Notes: generated from the sequence alone by a model not told the origin. Positions 42,616 to 52,392 are shown, numbered from the stretch's first letter. The stretch: DNA of 64,000 bases from an uncultured Eubacteriales bacterium (GCA_949283525.1 CASDSK010000043.1:1113-65112); one strand, 5' to 3'. A program made the numbers and translations.

Positions 42616-43839
42616 TCATTTTTTAATGTTTTTTGAGTCAATTTTTCTTCTTAATAAATCTCCTGCTTTTAGGTTATATGGGCAAGCGATTTTAAGTTTT
42701 TGTTGTACTTTTAATGCGTCCACAACTAAATTATCGTATTCGTCATACATTTTATCCACTACAAAAGTTTTATTAAATGTTTCATTTGGGGATAAGATTT
42801 CTAATTCATCTCCAACTTTGAACCTATTTCTTTGTTCTATGACTGCGTAACCTTCTACGCTGTCTTCTATTACATTGGCCATAAATTCATAACTAGAAAT
42901 TGGTAAACTTGTTTCTATATATTCTCTATCATTTTCGCCTAAATAAAATCCTGTTGTGTATCTTCTATGACTAGACTTCTCTAATTCTTCACTTAAATTT
43001 TTATCAAATGGCAAATTATTTTGTAAATTATCTAATGCACGTCTATATGCGTTTGTTACGTTAGCAACATAATACGACGTTTTCATTCTTCCTTCAATTT
43101 TAAGACTTGTTATTCCGGCATCAATCATATCTTGAAGGTGTTCAATCATTTTCATATCTTTAGAGTTCAGTATATACGTTCCACGTTCGTCTTGTTGAAT
43201 AGTCATCTCATCTTGTCTTGTTTTCTCTCGTAAAAAATATTCAAATCGGCACGCTTGAGCACACTGACCACGATTGCTATCTCTATTGCATAGATAATTA
43301 GATAACAAACATCTTCCACTATATGATATGCACATTGCACCATGCACAAACGCTTCTAACTCTATTTCAGGTACTGCTTGCTTAATTTCTTTGATTTCCT
43401 TAAGGCTTAGTTCTCTAGCCAAAACTATTCTTTTGATGCCCAAGTCATACCAAAAGCGTGCAGATTCACTGTTTGTACAATTGGCTTGCGTAGATAAATG
43501 TATTTCTAAGTTTGGCACAACTTTTTTTGCTAAATTTATAATACCTACATCAGATACAATAATAGCATCAGCGCCTATTTTGTATAAATATTGTAAATAT
43601 TCACTAAGGCCTACAAAATCTTCATTGTGTGCCAAAATATTAACAGTTATGTACGCCTTTTTGTTTAATTTGTGCGCATATTTAATATATTTTTCTAATT
43701 CGTCTTCATCAAAATTATCGCTAAATGCTCTTAAACCATATTTTTTACCAGCAAAATAACAAGCATCAGCACCAAAATAATATGCTGTTTGCAACTTTTC
43801 ACTACTTCCTGCTGGTGATAATAATTCTATTTTGTTCAT
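42616..43839 (-). CDS. peptidase U32 family protein (TrhP/YrrN-YrrO-like, tRNA U34 hydroxylation-associated)
   Basis: U32 signature EAFVHGAMCISYSGRCLLS. Sits immediately downstream of the O-methyltransferase, as in the Bacillus yrrMNO arrangement. Confidence 0.8.
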   Translation of the reverse strand: MNKIELLSPAGSSEKLQTAYYFGADACYFAGKKYGLRAFSDNFDEDELEKYIKYAHKLNKKAYITVNILAHNEDFVGLSEYLQYLYKIGADAIIVSDVGIINLAKKVVPNLEIHLSTQANCTNSESARFWYDLGIKRIVLARELSLKEIKEIKQAVPEIELEAFVHGAMCISYSGRCLLSNYLCNRDSNRGQCAQACRFEYFLREKTRQDEMTIQQDERGTYILNSKDMKMIEHLQDMIDAGITSLKIEGRMKTSYYVANVTNAYRRALDNLQNNLPFDKNLSEELEKSSHRRYTTGFYLGENDREYIETSLPISSYEFMANVIEDSVEGYAVIEQRNRFKVGDELEILSPNETFNKTFVVDKMYDEYDNLVVDALKVQQKLKIACPYNLKAGDLLRRKIDSKNIKK

Positions 43840-44475
43840 TTATTCTCCTTCCTTTCTTATGTTTATTGATATACTAACACCATCTCCTATAGGTAAGATT
43901 GTTGTTACTAAATTTTTGTCTTTAAATAAACTTTCAAGAAATTTATTCATTTTGTGTATTGTGCTTTCCAATTTATGTTTTGTAGGGACTTCACCTGACG
44001 TCATTCCTTCTTGTAAGACATTGTCGGCTACAAAAACTCCACCATTATTTAATAATCTTAATATGCTAGGCAGATAACTCAAATATTGACCTTTAGCACC
44101 ATCCAAAAAGATTAAATCAAATTTTTCTTCACAATTTAATAAATAATCTCCTGCATCACAAAGTTTTAACTCCACTCTACTTGCATATTTTTTTAAGTTC
44201 TTTTGGGCCAATTTATAACGCTCATAATCTATTTCAAGTGAAATAACTTTAGACTGCTCACAAACATCTAACAAAATCTTAGTACTATACCCAATGGCTG
44301 TACCTATCTCTAAAATTTTTTTTGGCTGAACCATTGTAGCAACAATTCTCAAAAAATTTGCAGTGTCTTTCTTGACTATAGGCACATAATTATCTTTGGC
44401 AAAAATCTCCATAGGAATATTACCAAATTTTTGTTTATTTATTAAATTCATTATATATTCATCTGTTCTATTCAT
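43840..44475 (-). CDS. class I SAM-dependent O-methyltransferase, family 3 (YrrM/TrmR-like)
   Basis: SAM motif ILEIGTAIGYS, DLIFLDGAK. Confidence 0.75.
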   Translation of the reverse strand: MNRTDEYIMNLINKQKFGNIPMEIFAKDNYVPIVKKDTANFLRIVATMVQPKKILEIGTAIGYSTKILLDVCEQSKVISLEIDYERYKLAQKNLKKYASRVELKLCDAGDYLLNCEEKFDLIFLDGAKGQYLSYLPSILRLLNNGGVFVADNVLQEGMTSGEVPTKHKLESTIHKMNKFLESLFKDKNLVTTILPIGDGVSISINIRKEGE

Positions 44476-44553
44476 AATTATGAGTCATTATAACATAAAA
44501 AGTTACAAACGTAAAGTTATTTACAAAATTATCAATAAAAATGCTTAGTTTTA

Positions 44554-44757
44554 TTAATTTTCTAAACCTAATAAATAATCAGATTTTTCGTTAAGCACAA
44601 CACAAATCGCTATTAAAACGTCTAAAGTTGGTTCCCTTTTTCCTGTACAATAATTATTAACTACACCTTGTGACATACCTATTTTTTTGGCAAGTGCAGT
44701 CTGCGACATACCATTCTCTAATAGAGATTGCCTTAATCTTTCACTAAATTTGTTCAT
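44554..44757 (-). CDS. XRE-family HTH regulator (module 1)
   Basis: 67 aa. FSERLRQSLLENGMSQTALAKKIGMSQGVVNNY...SDYLLGLE. Confidence 0.8.
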   Translation of the reverse strand: MNKFSERLRQSLLENGMSQTALAKKIGMSQGVVNNYCTGKREPTLDVLIAICVVLNEKSDYLLGLEN

Positions 44758-44790
44758 AATTTTATTATACTGCTTTTAGCCATTAAAGTA

Positions 44791-44819
44791 TTGACAAACG
44801 GCTATTAGCCGTATATAAT
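44791..44819 (+). promoter_or_regulatory. consensus sigma-70 promoter with a palindromic operator in the spacer (module 1)
   Basis: TTGACA (44791-44796), 17 nt, TATAAT (44814-44819). The spacer contains the palindrome ACGGCTA-T-TAGCCGT (44798-44812). Confidence 0.65.
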
Positions 44820-44842
44820 TATTAACAAAAAAAGGAAAAAAT

Positions 44843-45046
44843 ATGAACAAAAAAACAAATGTTAATATTATTTTAGAATACATACAAAAAAATAAATTAT
44901 CTTATAATAAATTCGCTAAAATGTGTTGTATTAGCCCTAAAACTCTTAAAAAAATCTTGTGCGATGATAATTATTTTAATATGGTTGCCCTTTTTAAAAT
45001 TTCAAGAGTTATGAATGTTTCTACAATTAGTTTAATAGAAAAATAA
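44843..45046 (+). CDS. small Cro-like HTH protein (module 1)
   Basis: 67 aa. LSYNKFAKMCCISPKTLKKIL helix-turn-helix. Transcribed divergently from the XRE gene. Confidence 0.6.
   Translation: MNKKTNVNIILEYIQKNKLSYNKFAKMCCISPKTLKKILCDDNYFNMVALFKISRVMNVSTISLIEK
44884..45018 (+). repeat. 135-bp repeat, copy 1 (pairs with 45406-45540)
   Basis: 134/135 nt identical to copy 2. The only difference is G versus A in CAAGAGTTATG / CAAGAATTATG. Confidence 0.9.
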
Positions 45047-45068
45047 TAAAAATCTTTTTTATCATTAT

Positions 45069-45269
45069 TTACTCTAATCCTAATAAATAATCAGTTGTAA
45101 CATTAAAATATTTAGCAATAATAATTAGTTGCTCGCTTTTGATATCTGCTTGCCCGTTCTCCCAGCGACAAATTGAAGAAGAACCGATTTGAATTTCTTT
45201 CGCTAGTGCTTGTATTGATAAATTTTTCTCTATTCTTAATTCTCTAAGTCTTTCTCCAAAAATATTCAT
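45069..45269 (-). CDS. XRE-family HTH regulator (module 2)
   Basis: MNIFGERLRELRIEKNLSIQALAKEIQIGSSSICRWENG...TDYLLGLE. I prefer the ATG at 45269 to the longer track ORF. Confidence 0.8.
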   Translation of the reverse strand: MNIFGERLRELRIEKNLSIQALAKEIQIGSSSICRWENGQADIKSEQLIIIAKYFNVTTDYLLGLE

Positions 45270-45313
45270 AATTATACCTTTTTTACATTTTATCCCATAA
45301 TAGGAATAAAATC

Positions 45314-45343
45314 TTGACAATCCCTAATTCGGGATGATATAAT
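45314..45343 (+). promoter_or_regulatory. consensus sigma-70 promoter with a different spacer palindrome (module 2)
   Basis: TTGACA (45314-45319), 18 nt, TATAAT (45338-45343). The spacer holds ATCCC-TAATTC-GGGAT (45320-45335). Confidence 0.6.
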
Positions 45344-45364
45344 TTATGTATTAAGTGTGATATT

Positions 45365-45574
45365 ATGAATAAATCTATAAATACTACTAAAATATATAAT
45401 TTTTTACAAAAAAATAAATTATCTTATAATAAATTCGCTAAAATGTGTTGTATTAGCCCTAAAACTCTTAAAAAAATCTTGTGCGATGATAATTATTTTA
45501 ATATGGTTGCCCTTTTTAAAATTTCAAGAATTATGAATGTAACGATAATAGATTTAATTAAAAAAAACTTATAG
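45365..45574 (+). CDS. small Cro-like HTH protein (module 2)
   Basis: 69 aa. The core is identical to the module-1 protein; the N- and C-terminal ends differ. Confidence 0.6.
   Translation: MNKSINTTKIYNFLQKNKLSYNKFAKMCCISPKTLKKILCDDNYFNMVALFKISRIMNVTIIDLIKKNL
45406..45540 (+). repeat. 135-bp repeat, copy 2
   Basis: See copy 1. Offset is 522 bp. Confidence 0.9.
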
Positions 45575-45608
45575 AGAACTTATGCTAAACTCTCTTATAA
45601 GTTTTTTT
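45561..45608. terminator. bidirectional terminator between the HTH gene and rnj
   Basis: AAAAAAACTTATAGAG-loop-CTCTTATAAGTTTTTTT. Confidence 0.6.
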
Positions 45609-47664
45609 ATTTAACATCAAAAACTACTGTTAATACTGTTGGATTTCTTTTTGTTTTCTTATTAAAAAAAGTAGTTAATGCTTTTCTTAAATTTTGTTTT
45701 AGAACTTGTACATCAACATTTTTGATATCACTTTTTGTAATTGTTTCTTTGACGTACTGCCTTGCTTCTTCGACTAATTGTGATGCTTCAGAAGAATAAA
45801 TTAAACCACGAGTTATGATTTCTGGGCCATTTTTTATGACACCCTTTTTCCTATCTATTGCTACACAAGTAACACATAAGCCTTCTTCACTTAAGTTAAG
45901 TCTATCCTTAAGTACAGAACTATCAATTTCTCCTACTCCTAATCCATCAATAAGCCTTGCACCAGATTTGACTTTACCTGATTCCTTAAATAAATCTTTA
46001 TTAATTTCAAAACAGTCGCCAATTTCTGCAATTTTCACATTGCTTTCATACATACCTAATAGCAATGCCAAATCTTTATGATGTTTTAAATGCTTATACT
46101 CTCCGTGAATAGGTATAAAGTATTTAGGGTTTAATAATTGATGAATTTGTTTAATCTCTTCATATTGTGCGTGTCCTGAAACGTGCACAGGCATAAGATA
46201 TTCGTATATTACATCTGCACCCTTTTTAAATAATGCATTAATTGTATTGTTAACTGCCCTTTCGTTCCCCGGTATTGGCGAACTTGATAGAATAAAACAA
46301 TCGTTTTGTGTAACTTCTACTTTATTAAAATCTCCGTTAGCAATTCTAGTTAAAGCACTCATAGGTTCGCCTTGACTTCCCGTTGTTATTATACACAACT
46401 CTCCATCTGGATAATTAGCAATTCTATCTATATCTATAACGTTGTCAGTATTATAATGAAGTTCATTTAATCTAGCAGCAACTTCCATATTCTTTATCAT
46501 ACTTCTTCCAGAGAACGCCACACGCCTTCCGTATTTTTCTGCTACATTAGTTATCTGTTGTATCCTATGAACATTACTAGCAAAAGTAGCAATAAAAATT
46601 CTCTTTCCAATATTTTCTGCGAAAATTGCATTCAAACTTTCCCCTACTTTGCTTTCTGACATTGAATGACCTGCTTTCTCTACATTAGTGCTTTCACACA
46701 TCAAAAGTAATACACCATTTTTTCCTATTTCTTCAATACGTTTTAAATCTGTAGTTAAGCCGTCAACAGGTTGTAAATCTATCTTAAAGTCACCTGTATG
46801 AAAAACTACACCAACAGGAGTTGTAATTGAAAGTGCAAAAGCACCTACTATACTATGATTGACGTGCAAAAATTCCACTTTGAAGCAACCTAATTCAATA
46901 ACGTCGTGTGGTTTAACAACTTCATATTTCGCTTTCACCTTAGAGTGTTCTCTAAGTTTATTTTGTACTAATGCTAAAGTTAATTTACTTCCATATATAG
47001 GACAATGTATTTCATTTAATGTGTATGGCAATCCTCCAATATGGTCTTCGTGCCCGTGCGTTAAAATTATACCTCTAACTCTATCTTTGTTTTCTACCAA
47101 ATAACTAATATCTGGCACAACTACATCTATCCCCGGCATTTCTTCGGTCGGAAAACTTAATCCGGCATCTATTACAATTATGTCCTGACCATATTCTAGG
47201 ACTGTCATATTTTTACCAATCTCACCAACTCCACCCAAAAACATTACCTTAAGATTGTTCTCATCTCGCTCTACAAAGTATTCTGGATTATCTAAATCTT
47301 TATCGTTTGTTTTTTGAAAAACTGGAGGTTTAACCCTTTCTGCTTTTGGTCTGCTAACATCCTCATTATTAAAATATCTAATGTTTTTTGTAGGCTTTTT
47401 TTCTTTATTCAAAGAGTTACTCTTTTTTGATTCTATAATGATTTTACATTTTGGTTGTTCATTTATAACTTGGCTATTTTTTTTGACACTCTTAGTATTA
47501 ACCTTTTTTGAACTATCTTCAATCATTTTTTTTGTTATTTTAATTTCTTTTTTCTGTTGTATAGGTTTTTCAGTTTTTGTACGATTTCTCGCACTTATTT
47601 CTTTGACTATAGTGTCATAATTTGTATTCTTATCTATTTTCTCATTTCCCTTATTCATTTTCAC
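45607..47664 (-). CDS. rnj: ribonuclease J with a Lys-rich ~135-aa N-terminal extension
   Basis: Metallo-beta-lactamase THGHEDHIGG, beta-CASP region, HVSGHA. Confidence 0.9.
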   Translation of the reverse strand: MKMNKGNEKIDKNTNYDTIVKEISARNRTKTEKPIQQKKEIKITKKMIEDSSKKVNTKSVKKNSQVINEQPKCKIIIESKKSNSLNKEKKPTKNIRYFNNEDVSRPKAERVKPPVFQKTNDKDLDNPEYFVERDENNLKVMFLGGVGEIGKNMTVLEYGQDIIVIDAGLSFPTEEMPGIDVVVPDISYLVENKDRVRGIILTHGHEDHIGGLPYTLNEIHCPIYGSKLTLALVQNKLREHSKVKAKYEVVKPHDVIELGCFKVEFLHVNHSIVGAFALSITTPVGVVFHTGDFKIDLQPVDGLTTDLKRIEEIGKNGVLLLMCESTNVEKAGHSMSESKVGESLNAIFAENIGKRIFIATFASNVHRIQQITNVAEKYGRRVAFSGRSMIKNMEVAARLNELHYNTDNVIDIDRIANYPDGELCIITTGSQGEPMSALTRIANGDFNKVEVTQNDCFILSSSPIPGNERAVNNTINALFKKGADVIYEYLMPVHVSGHAQYEEIKQIHQLLNPKYFIPIHGEYKHLKHHKDLALLLGMYESNVKIAEIGDCFEINKDLFKESGKVKSGARLIDGLGVGEIDSSVLKDRLNLSEEGLCVTCVAIDRKKGVIKNGPEIITRGLIYSSEASQLVEEARQYVKETITKSDIKNVDVQVLKQNLRKALTTFFNKKTKRNPTVLTVVFDVK

Positions 47665-47750
47665 TCCTAATATTTTTTTATATTTATTTTTTGCACAAAA
47701 AATCTAGATAATCATTGATTACCCAATTTTTTGTATTAAATTAAAATTAA

Positions 47751-48695
47751 TTAAATTACAAATTTAGCATCTTCTACAGAATCTTGTTCTGCAAATTCTT
47801 TTGAATTAATAATCGTATTTGAATCAATATAATAACGCATACCTTGTGATTCGTAATATACTACCATATTAAATATGTTATTCATTATAATAGTAGCAGG
47901 TAAGGTTATCAAAAGTGCTACACCAAAAGTATATCTAGCACAAACAAAGTTTATAACTAAAGCAATTAAAACAAACATTATACTGTTTGACCAAGTTCTA
48001 TAGAATCTCTTGCTCACAATTTTGAATCCGTTATTAAGTGCATTGAAAGTACGACAATCATGTAAACACAAATAAGGCGTGAAACATACGAATATCGTAT
48101 TTTGTATACTAAGCACAATTAAAACAATAAAAATAAATAACATAGGTGATAATATTGCCCATATTGAATTTAAAGTCATTAGATTTAACACATAATAACC
48201 ACAAACTAAAATAATTGCCCAAAATGGAAGTTTAACAAAAAATAAAACTATACCTTGTTTTAATGAACGCCAAAAATTTCTTAAATATGCGCCACAGAAA
48301 CCAAATTTTGATAAATTTGACATATGACCTTTGATTACATCACAACAAGGTAGTTGTGCCATATTTATAAATACGCTTAACAAAAATATTGCTATTCCAA
48401 CGCCAATAAAGTTCAGTGCTAAATTGTCTATATTTAATATAATTATATCCAAACAATTATTTATTAATGCAACAATTTCTCTGCTAAATTCTACAGTATT
48501 TAAAGCGACCATAGATGCCCAAAAATCGCTTAATTCTTCAAAAAAATTCGCATCTTTTAAGGTAGTAAATATGTCTATACCAAATGCAAATATTATACCA
48601 CCAAAAATTGTTAATATGATAAGTTTGTATGCTAAATTTTTCCACACTAACGAAAAGTTCGTTCCTAATAAACGGAACGCATTTCTTAATACCAT
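47751..48695 (-). CDS. polytopic membrane protein, unknown function
   Basis: 314 aa with about 6-7 hydrophobic helices. Confidence 0.5.
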   Translation of the reverse strand: MVLRNAFRLLGTNFSLVWKNLAYKLIILTIFGGIIFAFGIDIFTTLKDANFFEELSDFWASMVALNTVEFSREIVALINNCLDIIILNIDNLALNFIGVGIAIFLLSVFINMAQLPCCDVIKGHMSNLSKFGFCGAYLRNFWRSLKQGIVLFFVKLPFWAIILVCGYYVLNLMTLNSIWAILSPMLFIFIVLIVLSIQNTIFVCFTPYLCLHDCRTFNALNNGFKIVSKRFYRTWSNSIMFVLIALVINFVCARYTFGVALLITLPATIIMNNIFNMVVYYESQGMRYYIDSNTIINSKEFAEQDSVEDAKFVI

Positions 48696-48897
48696 AGTCT
48701 TCTCCCTTATATAGCTAATATATTAAAACAAAAGTTATCCAAAATTGAATTTTATGTTAAACTTATTACCTATGCAAATATTTTATTGCGTCAAGATATT
48801 ATATAATAGTTTTAATAAAAAATCAAGAGATTTTAAATACAAATTTTGTCGAAAAAATTTTTTTTATGCATAAAACAAAAATAATTGAACAAAATAT

Positions 48898-48920
48898 TAT
48901 TGGTCAGATTTTGACCAATA
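48898..48920. promoter_or_regulatory. perfect 9-bp inverted repeat, possible operator upstream of the membrane protein gene
   Basis: TATTGGTCA-GATTT-TGACCAATA, with no T-run. Confidence 0.25.
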
Positions 48921-48943
48921 TATATATTCACTAAACGTGAAAT

Positions 48944-48975
48944 AAAACAAGCCACGAATGCTCGTGGCTTGTTTT
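48944..48975 (-). terminator. strong terminator closing the phage-like operon
   Basis: AAAACAAGCCACGA-ATGC-TCGTGGCTTGTTTT, 14-bp perfect arms, overlapping the holin stop codon. Confidence 0.8.
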
Positions 48976-49315
48976 ATTGTTTTTTTCTATCGTTTTTAAG
49001 TTCTTCAATAATTGTGTCTAAATCAATTTCGTTTTCATCTAATTCTTCTTTATTTGTATAAATTTGATTTTCTTCATTTTCAACATTGGTTTCGTCATTA
49101 TCAGCATTTTTGGAAGTATCAACAAAATCATAATTGTCCTTTTGTACAAACCCTAGTACAACCAAAATTCCTAATATCGCCATAATTATATCATTAATTA
49201 TAGCATCGTTAATATTAAAATTAAATGCCTTAGAAAGTGTATTTAATAATATAATAACTGCCATTGATAATGCTACCCAAAAATTGTAATGTTTCATTCT
49301 GTCTAGTAATTTCAT
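48974..49315 (-). CDS. holin-like protein (SPP1/XhlB-type, two TM) with an acidic tail
   Basis: MKLLDRMKHYNFWVALSMAVIILLNTL...IIMAILGILVVLGFV. The ATG at 49315 follows GGGGGAG. The track start at 49339 is TTG. Confidence 0.5.
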   Translation of the reverse strand: MKLLDRMKHYNFWVALSMAVIILLNTLSKAFNFNINDAIINDIIMAILGILVVLGFVQKDNYDFVDTSKNADNDETNVENEENQIYTNKEELDENEIDLDTIIEELKNDRKKQ

Positions 49316-49331
49316 TAACTCCCCCTTTTTT

Positions 49332-49631
49332 TTATGCAACTTCAGCTTTAAATTTCTTAGATTTAATTAATTTTGTTGGTGCTAAAGGTAAAACTTTATT
49401 TTTTATAATTTTAATATCCGTTTTTATGTCTTCAATATCATTTCGAACACACTTTAAGTCATCTTCCACATTACATAGATGATTAAGCCCGTTAGACAAT
49501 TTATCTAATGTTTCCTGATATTTTTTTTCTCTTTTTGAACTATCTTTAAGTTCATACATTAGTAATCCCAAAAACATAACTGCAAATATGCCATTACTGA
49601 TTGCTAGATTAATAATTTCATCCCACATCAT
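49332..49631 (-). CDS. BhlA/UviB-family holin-like protein
   Basis: 99 aa. N-terminal TM NGIFAVMFLGLLMY followed by ELKDSSKREKKYQETL, as in BhlA/UviB. Confidence 0.55.
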   Translation of the reverse strand: MMWDEIINLAISNGIFAVMFLGLLMYELKDSSKREKKYQETLDKLSNGLNHLCNVEDDLKCVRNDIEDIKTDIKIIKNKVLPLAPTKLIKSKKFKAEVA

Positions 49632-50822
49632 TTATTGTCTTTGTTGAGTTTTGTATAAATAATAAGAATAATTATTACCTAGCAAATCTCGAATGTAACT
49701 ATTGTTTTGAAGTTCATTTAGTGCATCAGCCTTAGATAATGAATTAAGATATTCGTCAATAACTTGTGCATATGCATTATTGCGCATACTGTCAATTATG
49801 CTTTGATTTTCGCCGTATTTAATTAAGTTGTCAAGATAATCTTCTTGCGTTTTATTATTGCTTTCTATCACTGATTTTCTATACTCGGCTTCAATCTCTG
49901 CAATTTTATTATTATACTCAGTTATTTCATCATTTCTATCTTGAATTTCTTGTTGTAACTGAGAAATTTTATCATTTAACTTTAGAGCATATTCAATATC
50001 AAAGTCTTTGATTGCTTGTTCTCTTTCATTATTTAAGTTTGCTATTTCTTGATTTAATTCATTAATTTCTGTGCTTAATTGAGTATCTATTTCCATAAGT
50101 TTTGATATTTTATCATTGTCAAAAGCATTTAAATTATTTATCACTATACTAGAACGTTGTAAACCTCTTTTTAGTGCATCATTTTCAGCCTTTCTTTTAG
50201 CATCTTCGTAATAACTTTCCAATTGTGCCTTTTGTGTGTTAGCAGAATTAACTAAACTTTCTTCTTTACCATCCAAAGCATTTAAACTATTTTCTAACTT
50301 TGAATTAATAGAACTCATTTGAGCATCTTTATAATCTTTTAGCGAATTTTCTGCTTCAGTTTTTAATTCTTCTTCACTTTTTGTAATGTAATCTTTTTTT
50401 GTAAGGTTCAAATCTGGACTTAATTCTTCGCCCTTTTCTGGTTTAACGTCATATTGATTTTTAATTTCTTCAATTTTGTCTTGTAAATTCTCATAAGCAC
50501 TTTTTTCTTCATTATCTTGTACTTTTTGTGATTGCACTTTAACGATTTCATTTTTTTGTGAATCTTGCGTTTTAGGTTTAACATTATTTACAGTTGTTTC
50601 AGTGGTGTCGTTATTTTTAATAGGCTTTTCACTTGACATAACTTTTTGTTCGTTTTGAATATTGGTTTCCTTAACTTTATTATTTTCTTCATCATTAGAC
50701 GAGAAAATTTTATTCCAATTGTTATTGGCTTTCTCTATAACCTTTGGCGAAACTTCGTTATTTTTCTTTTTCTTTTTTTCCTCTTTTAACAAGTCTTCTT
50801 CGCTAAAATTAAATGTTGCCAT
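49632..50822 (-). CDS. coiled-coil structural-position protein (needle/fibre or ejection protein candidate)
   Basis: The ATG at 50822 lies 7 nt after AAGGAG. About 396 aa. Long heptad-rich E/K/N/Q stretches. Confidence 0.45.
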   Translation of the reverse strand: MATFNFSEEDLLKEEKKKKKNNEVSPKVIEKANNNWNKIFSSNDEENNKVKETNIQNEQKVMSSEKPIKNNDTTETTVNNVKPKTQDSQKNEIVKVQSQKVQDNEEKSAYENLQDKIEEIKNQYDVKPEKGEELSPDLNLTKKDYITKSEEELKTEAENSLKDYKDAQMSSINSKLENSLNALDGKEESLVNSANTQKAQLESYYEDAKRKAENDALKRGLQRSSIVINNLNAFDNDKISKLMEIDTQLSTEINELNQEIANLNNEREQAIKDFDIEYALKLNDKISQLQQEIQDRNDEITEYNNKIAEIEAEYRKSVIESNNKTQEDYLDNLIKYGENQSIIDSMRNNAYAQVIDEYLNSLSKADALNELQNNSYIRDLLGNNYSYYLYKTQQRQ

Positions 50823-50904
50823 ACTTATTCTCCTTATTTTATTTTTTTTATATAAATTTTTTTTCAATTCCCACTTAATAATTTCATTCATTAAAATATA
50901 ATAA

Positions 50905-52392
50905 TTAATCTAAGACTTCTATTTGTATAGTGGGATTTGAAATATGTAGCATCTCATTTGAAGAAAATTCTACACTAATTTTTGTGCCTACAACATTACA
51001 CAAAATAGTTTGTGTTTTATTGCTAGGCAAAATTGTTAAAGTTTGTGATTCGTTTTCACTTCTTATTAGAACTGTAAGTTTATTTTGTGTTTGTAATGTG
51101 ACAGACTTAACAACCTTAGTTTTGGGCGTGCCCAAATCGCTTAATGGTGATTGCCATAACTTAGTTAATTTGTCCCCAAAAAGATTACCGTCTTCACTTA
51201 ATTGCCCAATTTTATTACTATTTTGACCATTAAATAAAAATGCAATTTTGCTTACTTTATCGTGATATAGAACACACATATTACAAACATCTATGCCTCT
51301 AATTAAATTAATTTTTTGCGTTTCTAAATCAAACTCTACTAAAACATTATTCCTGTAACCCTCTTCTAACTCACAACCAATTTTTTTATCGTCGTCGAAA
51401 TCTATTCTAGTAGCCAAATAATATTTATTATTAAAGTAACAAGCACAAGCATATTGCATCATTTCTTTGTTTATTAGTCTATTAATATCAAAATCGTATT
51501 TATACAGACTTCCACCTGTACAATAATGCAAGCCATTACTTGTTAATAAAATTATTCTATCTCCACATAATACTGCAGTATTAGCGTATATTTTATTGCT
51601 TGATAAATTTAGGTGAGTTATGCTAAATTCACTTTGGTCACCATAAGCAGATAACCTTGAAATGCCATACTCTCTTATGATATAAACATAATCGTTAAAA
51701 CTTATAACCTTATTTATATAACCCCGCTCATCTACTAATTGAATAAAACCACCTGCTTGGCTTGTTTCTTCCCAATTTGATATATCAAAATCTTGGCTAA
51801 AGCGTATTTCATTTTTTTTGTCGCTAGAACTAGCAAACAATCTTTCATAATGACTACACATCGAAGATAAATGAATTGCTTTATCCGAACTAACAGGCGT
51901 TGCAGTTCCATTCCAAAAATACATACTATCTAGAGGACTACAGATGACTGCTGTTTCTAATCCGTTATATACATAAGTTAAAATAGTAGGTTTCGCTTCT
52001 AATGTAATATCAGACTTCATAAATGTATTTATTGGTCCACATAAAAATGTGTAATATAATTGTTTATCATCACAATACAACAATAAAATATCTTGCACTC
52101 GTGCCTTATCATCTGCTATCTTAAAACACCACAAACCTAAAGGTTTTGTGTCTGCAGGTAATTGATATATAATTGTTTCATCTTCAAAAACGCCGTGTGG
52201 TACTTCTAATTCTGCTATACCATATCCACTTCTCAAAGATTTGTCGTCTAATTTAACATTATAGGCTGTTTTCGCGTAGTTCATTTGTAATAAATTTTCG
52301 TCTATTTCTGTATTTATACCACGACTAAAATCAGATAAATTATAGGTGTATGTTTTAGGGGAATATGTTTGTAAATTCTTTTTGTAATACAT
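50905..52392 (-). CDS. phage structural-position protein (tail hub/nozzle candidate, by position only)
   Basis: 495 aa with beta-rich composition. No motif I recognise. Confidence 0.4.
   Translation of the reverse strand: MYYKKNLQTYSPKTYTYNLSDFSRGINTEIDENLLQMNYAKTAYNVKLDDKSLRSGYGIAELEVPHGVFEDETIIYQLPADTKPLGLWCFKIADDKARVQDILLLYCDDKQLYYTFLCGPINTFMKSDITLEAKPTILTYVYNGLETAVICSPLDSMYFWNGTATPVSSDKAIHLSSMCSHYERLFASSSDKKNEIRFSQDFDISNWEETSQAGGFIQLVDERGYINKVISFNDYVYIIREYGISRLSAYGDQSEFSITHLNLSSNKIYANTAVLCGDRIILLTSNGLHYCTGGSLYKYDFDINRLINKEMMQYACACYFNNKYYLATRIDFDDDKKIGCELEEGYRNNVLVEFDLETQKINLIRGIDVCNMCVLYHDKVSKIAFLFNGQNSNKIGQLSEDGNLFGDKLTKLWQSPLSDLGTPKTKVVKSVTLQTQNKLTVLIRSENESQTLTILPSNKTQTILCNVVGTKISVEFSSNEMLHISNPTIQIEVLD

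Noticed and set aside
42616-44475. The O-methyltransferase plus U32 peptidase pair as a possible novel module
   Set aside because: It matches the known Bacillus yrrM-yrrN/O arrangement (TrmR methyltransferase with U32-family TrhP proteins for 5-methoxyuridine at tRNA U34). It is therefore housekeeping.
47260-47664. ~135-aa Lys-rich N-terminal extension on RNase J
   Set aside because: Low-complexity basic tails are common in very AT-rich genomes. The true start could also be an internal codon. Nothing specific can be tested from the sequence alone.
48696-48973. Attachment-site direct repeats flanking the phage-like block (compared by eye with 60147-60474)
   Set aside because: I could see no shared repeat longer than low-complexity A/T runs. 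A computational repeat search is needed before claiming or excluding att sites.
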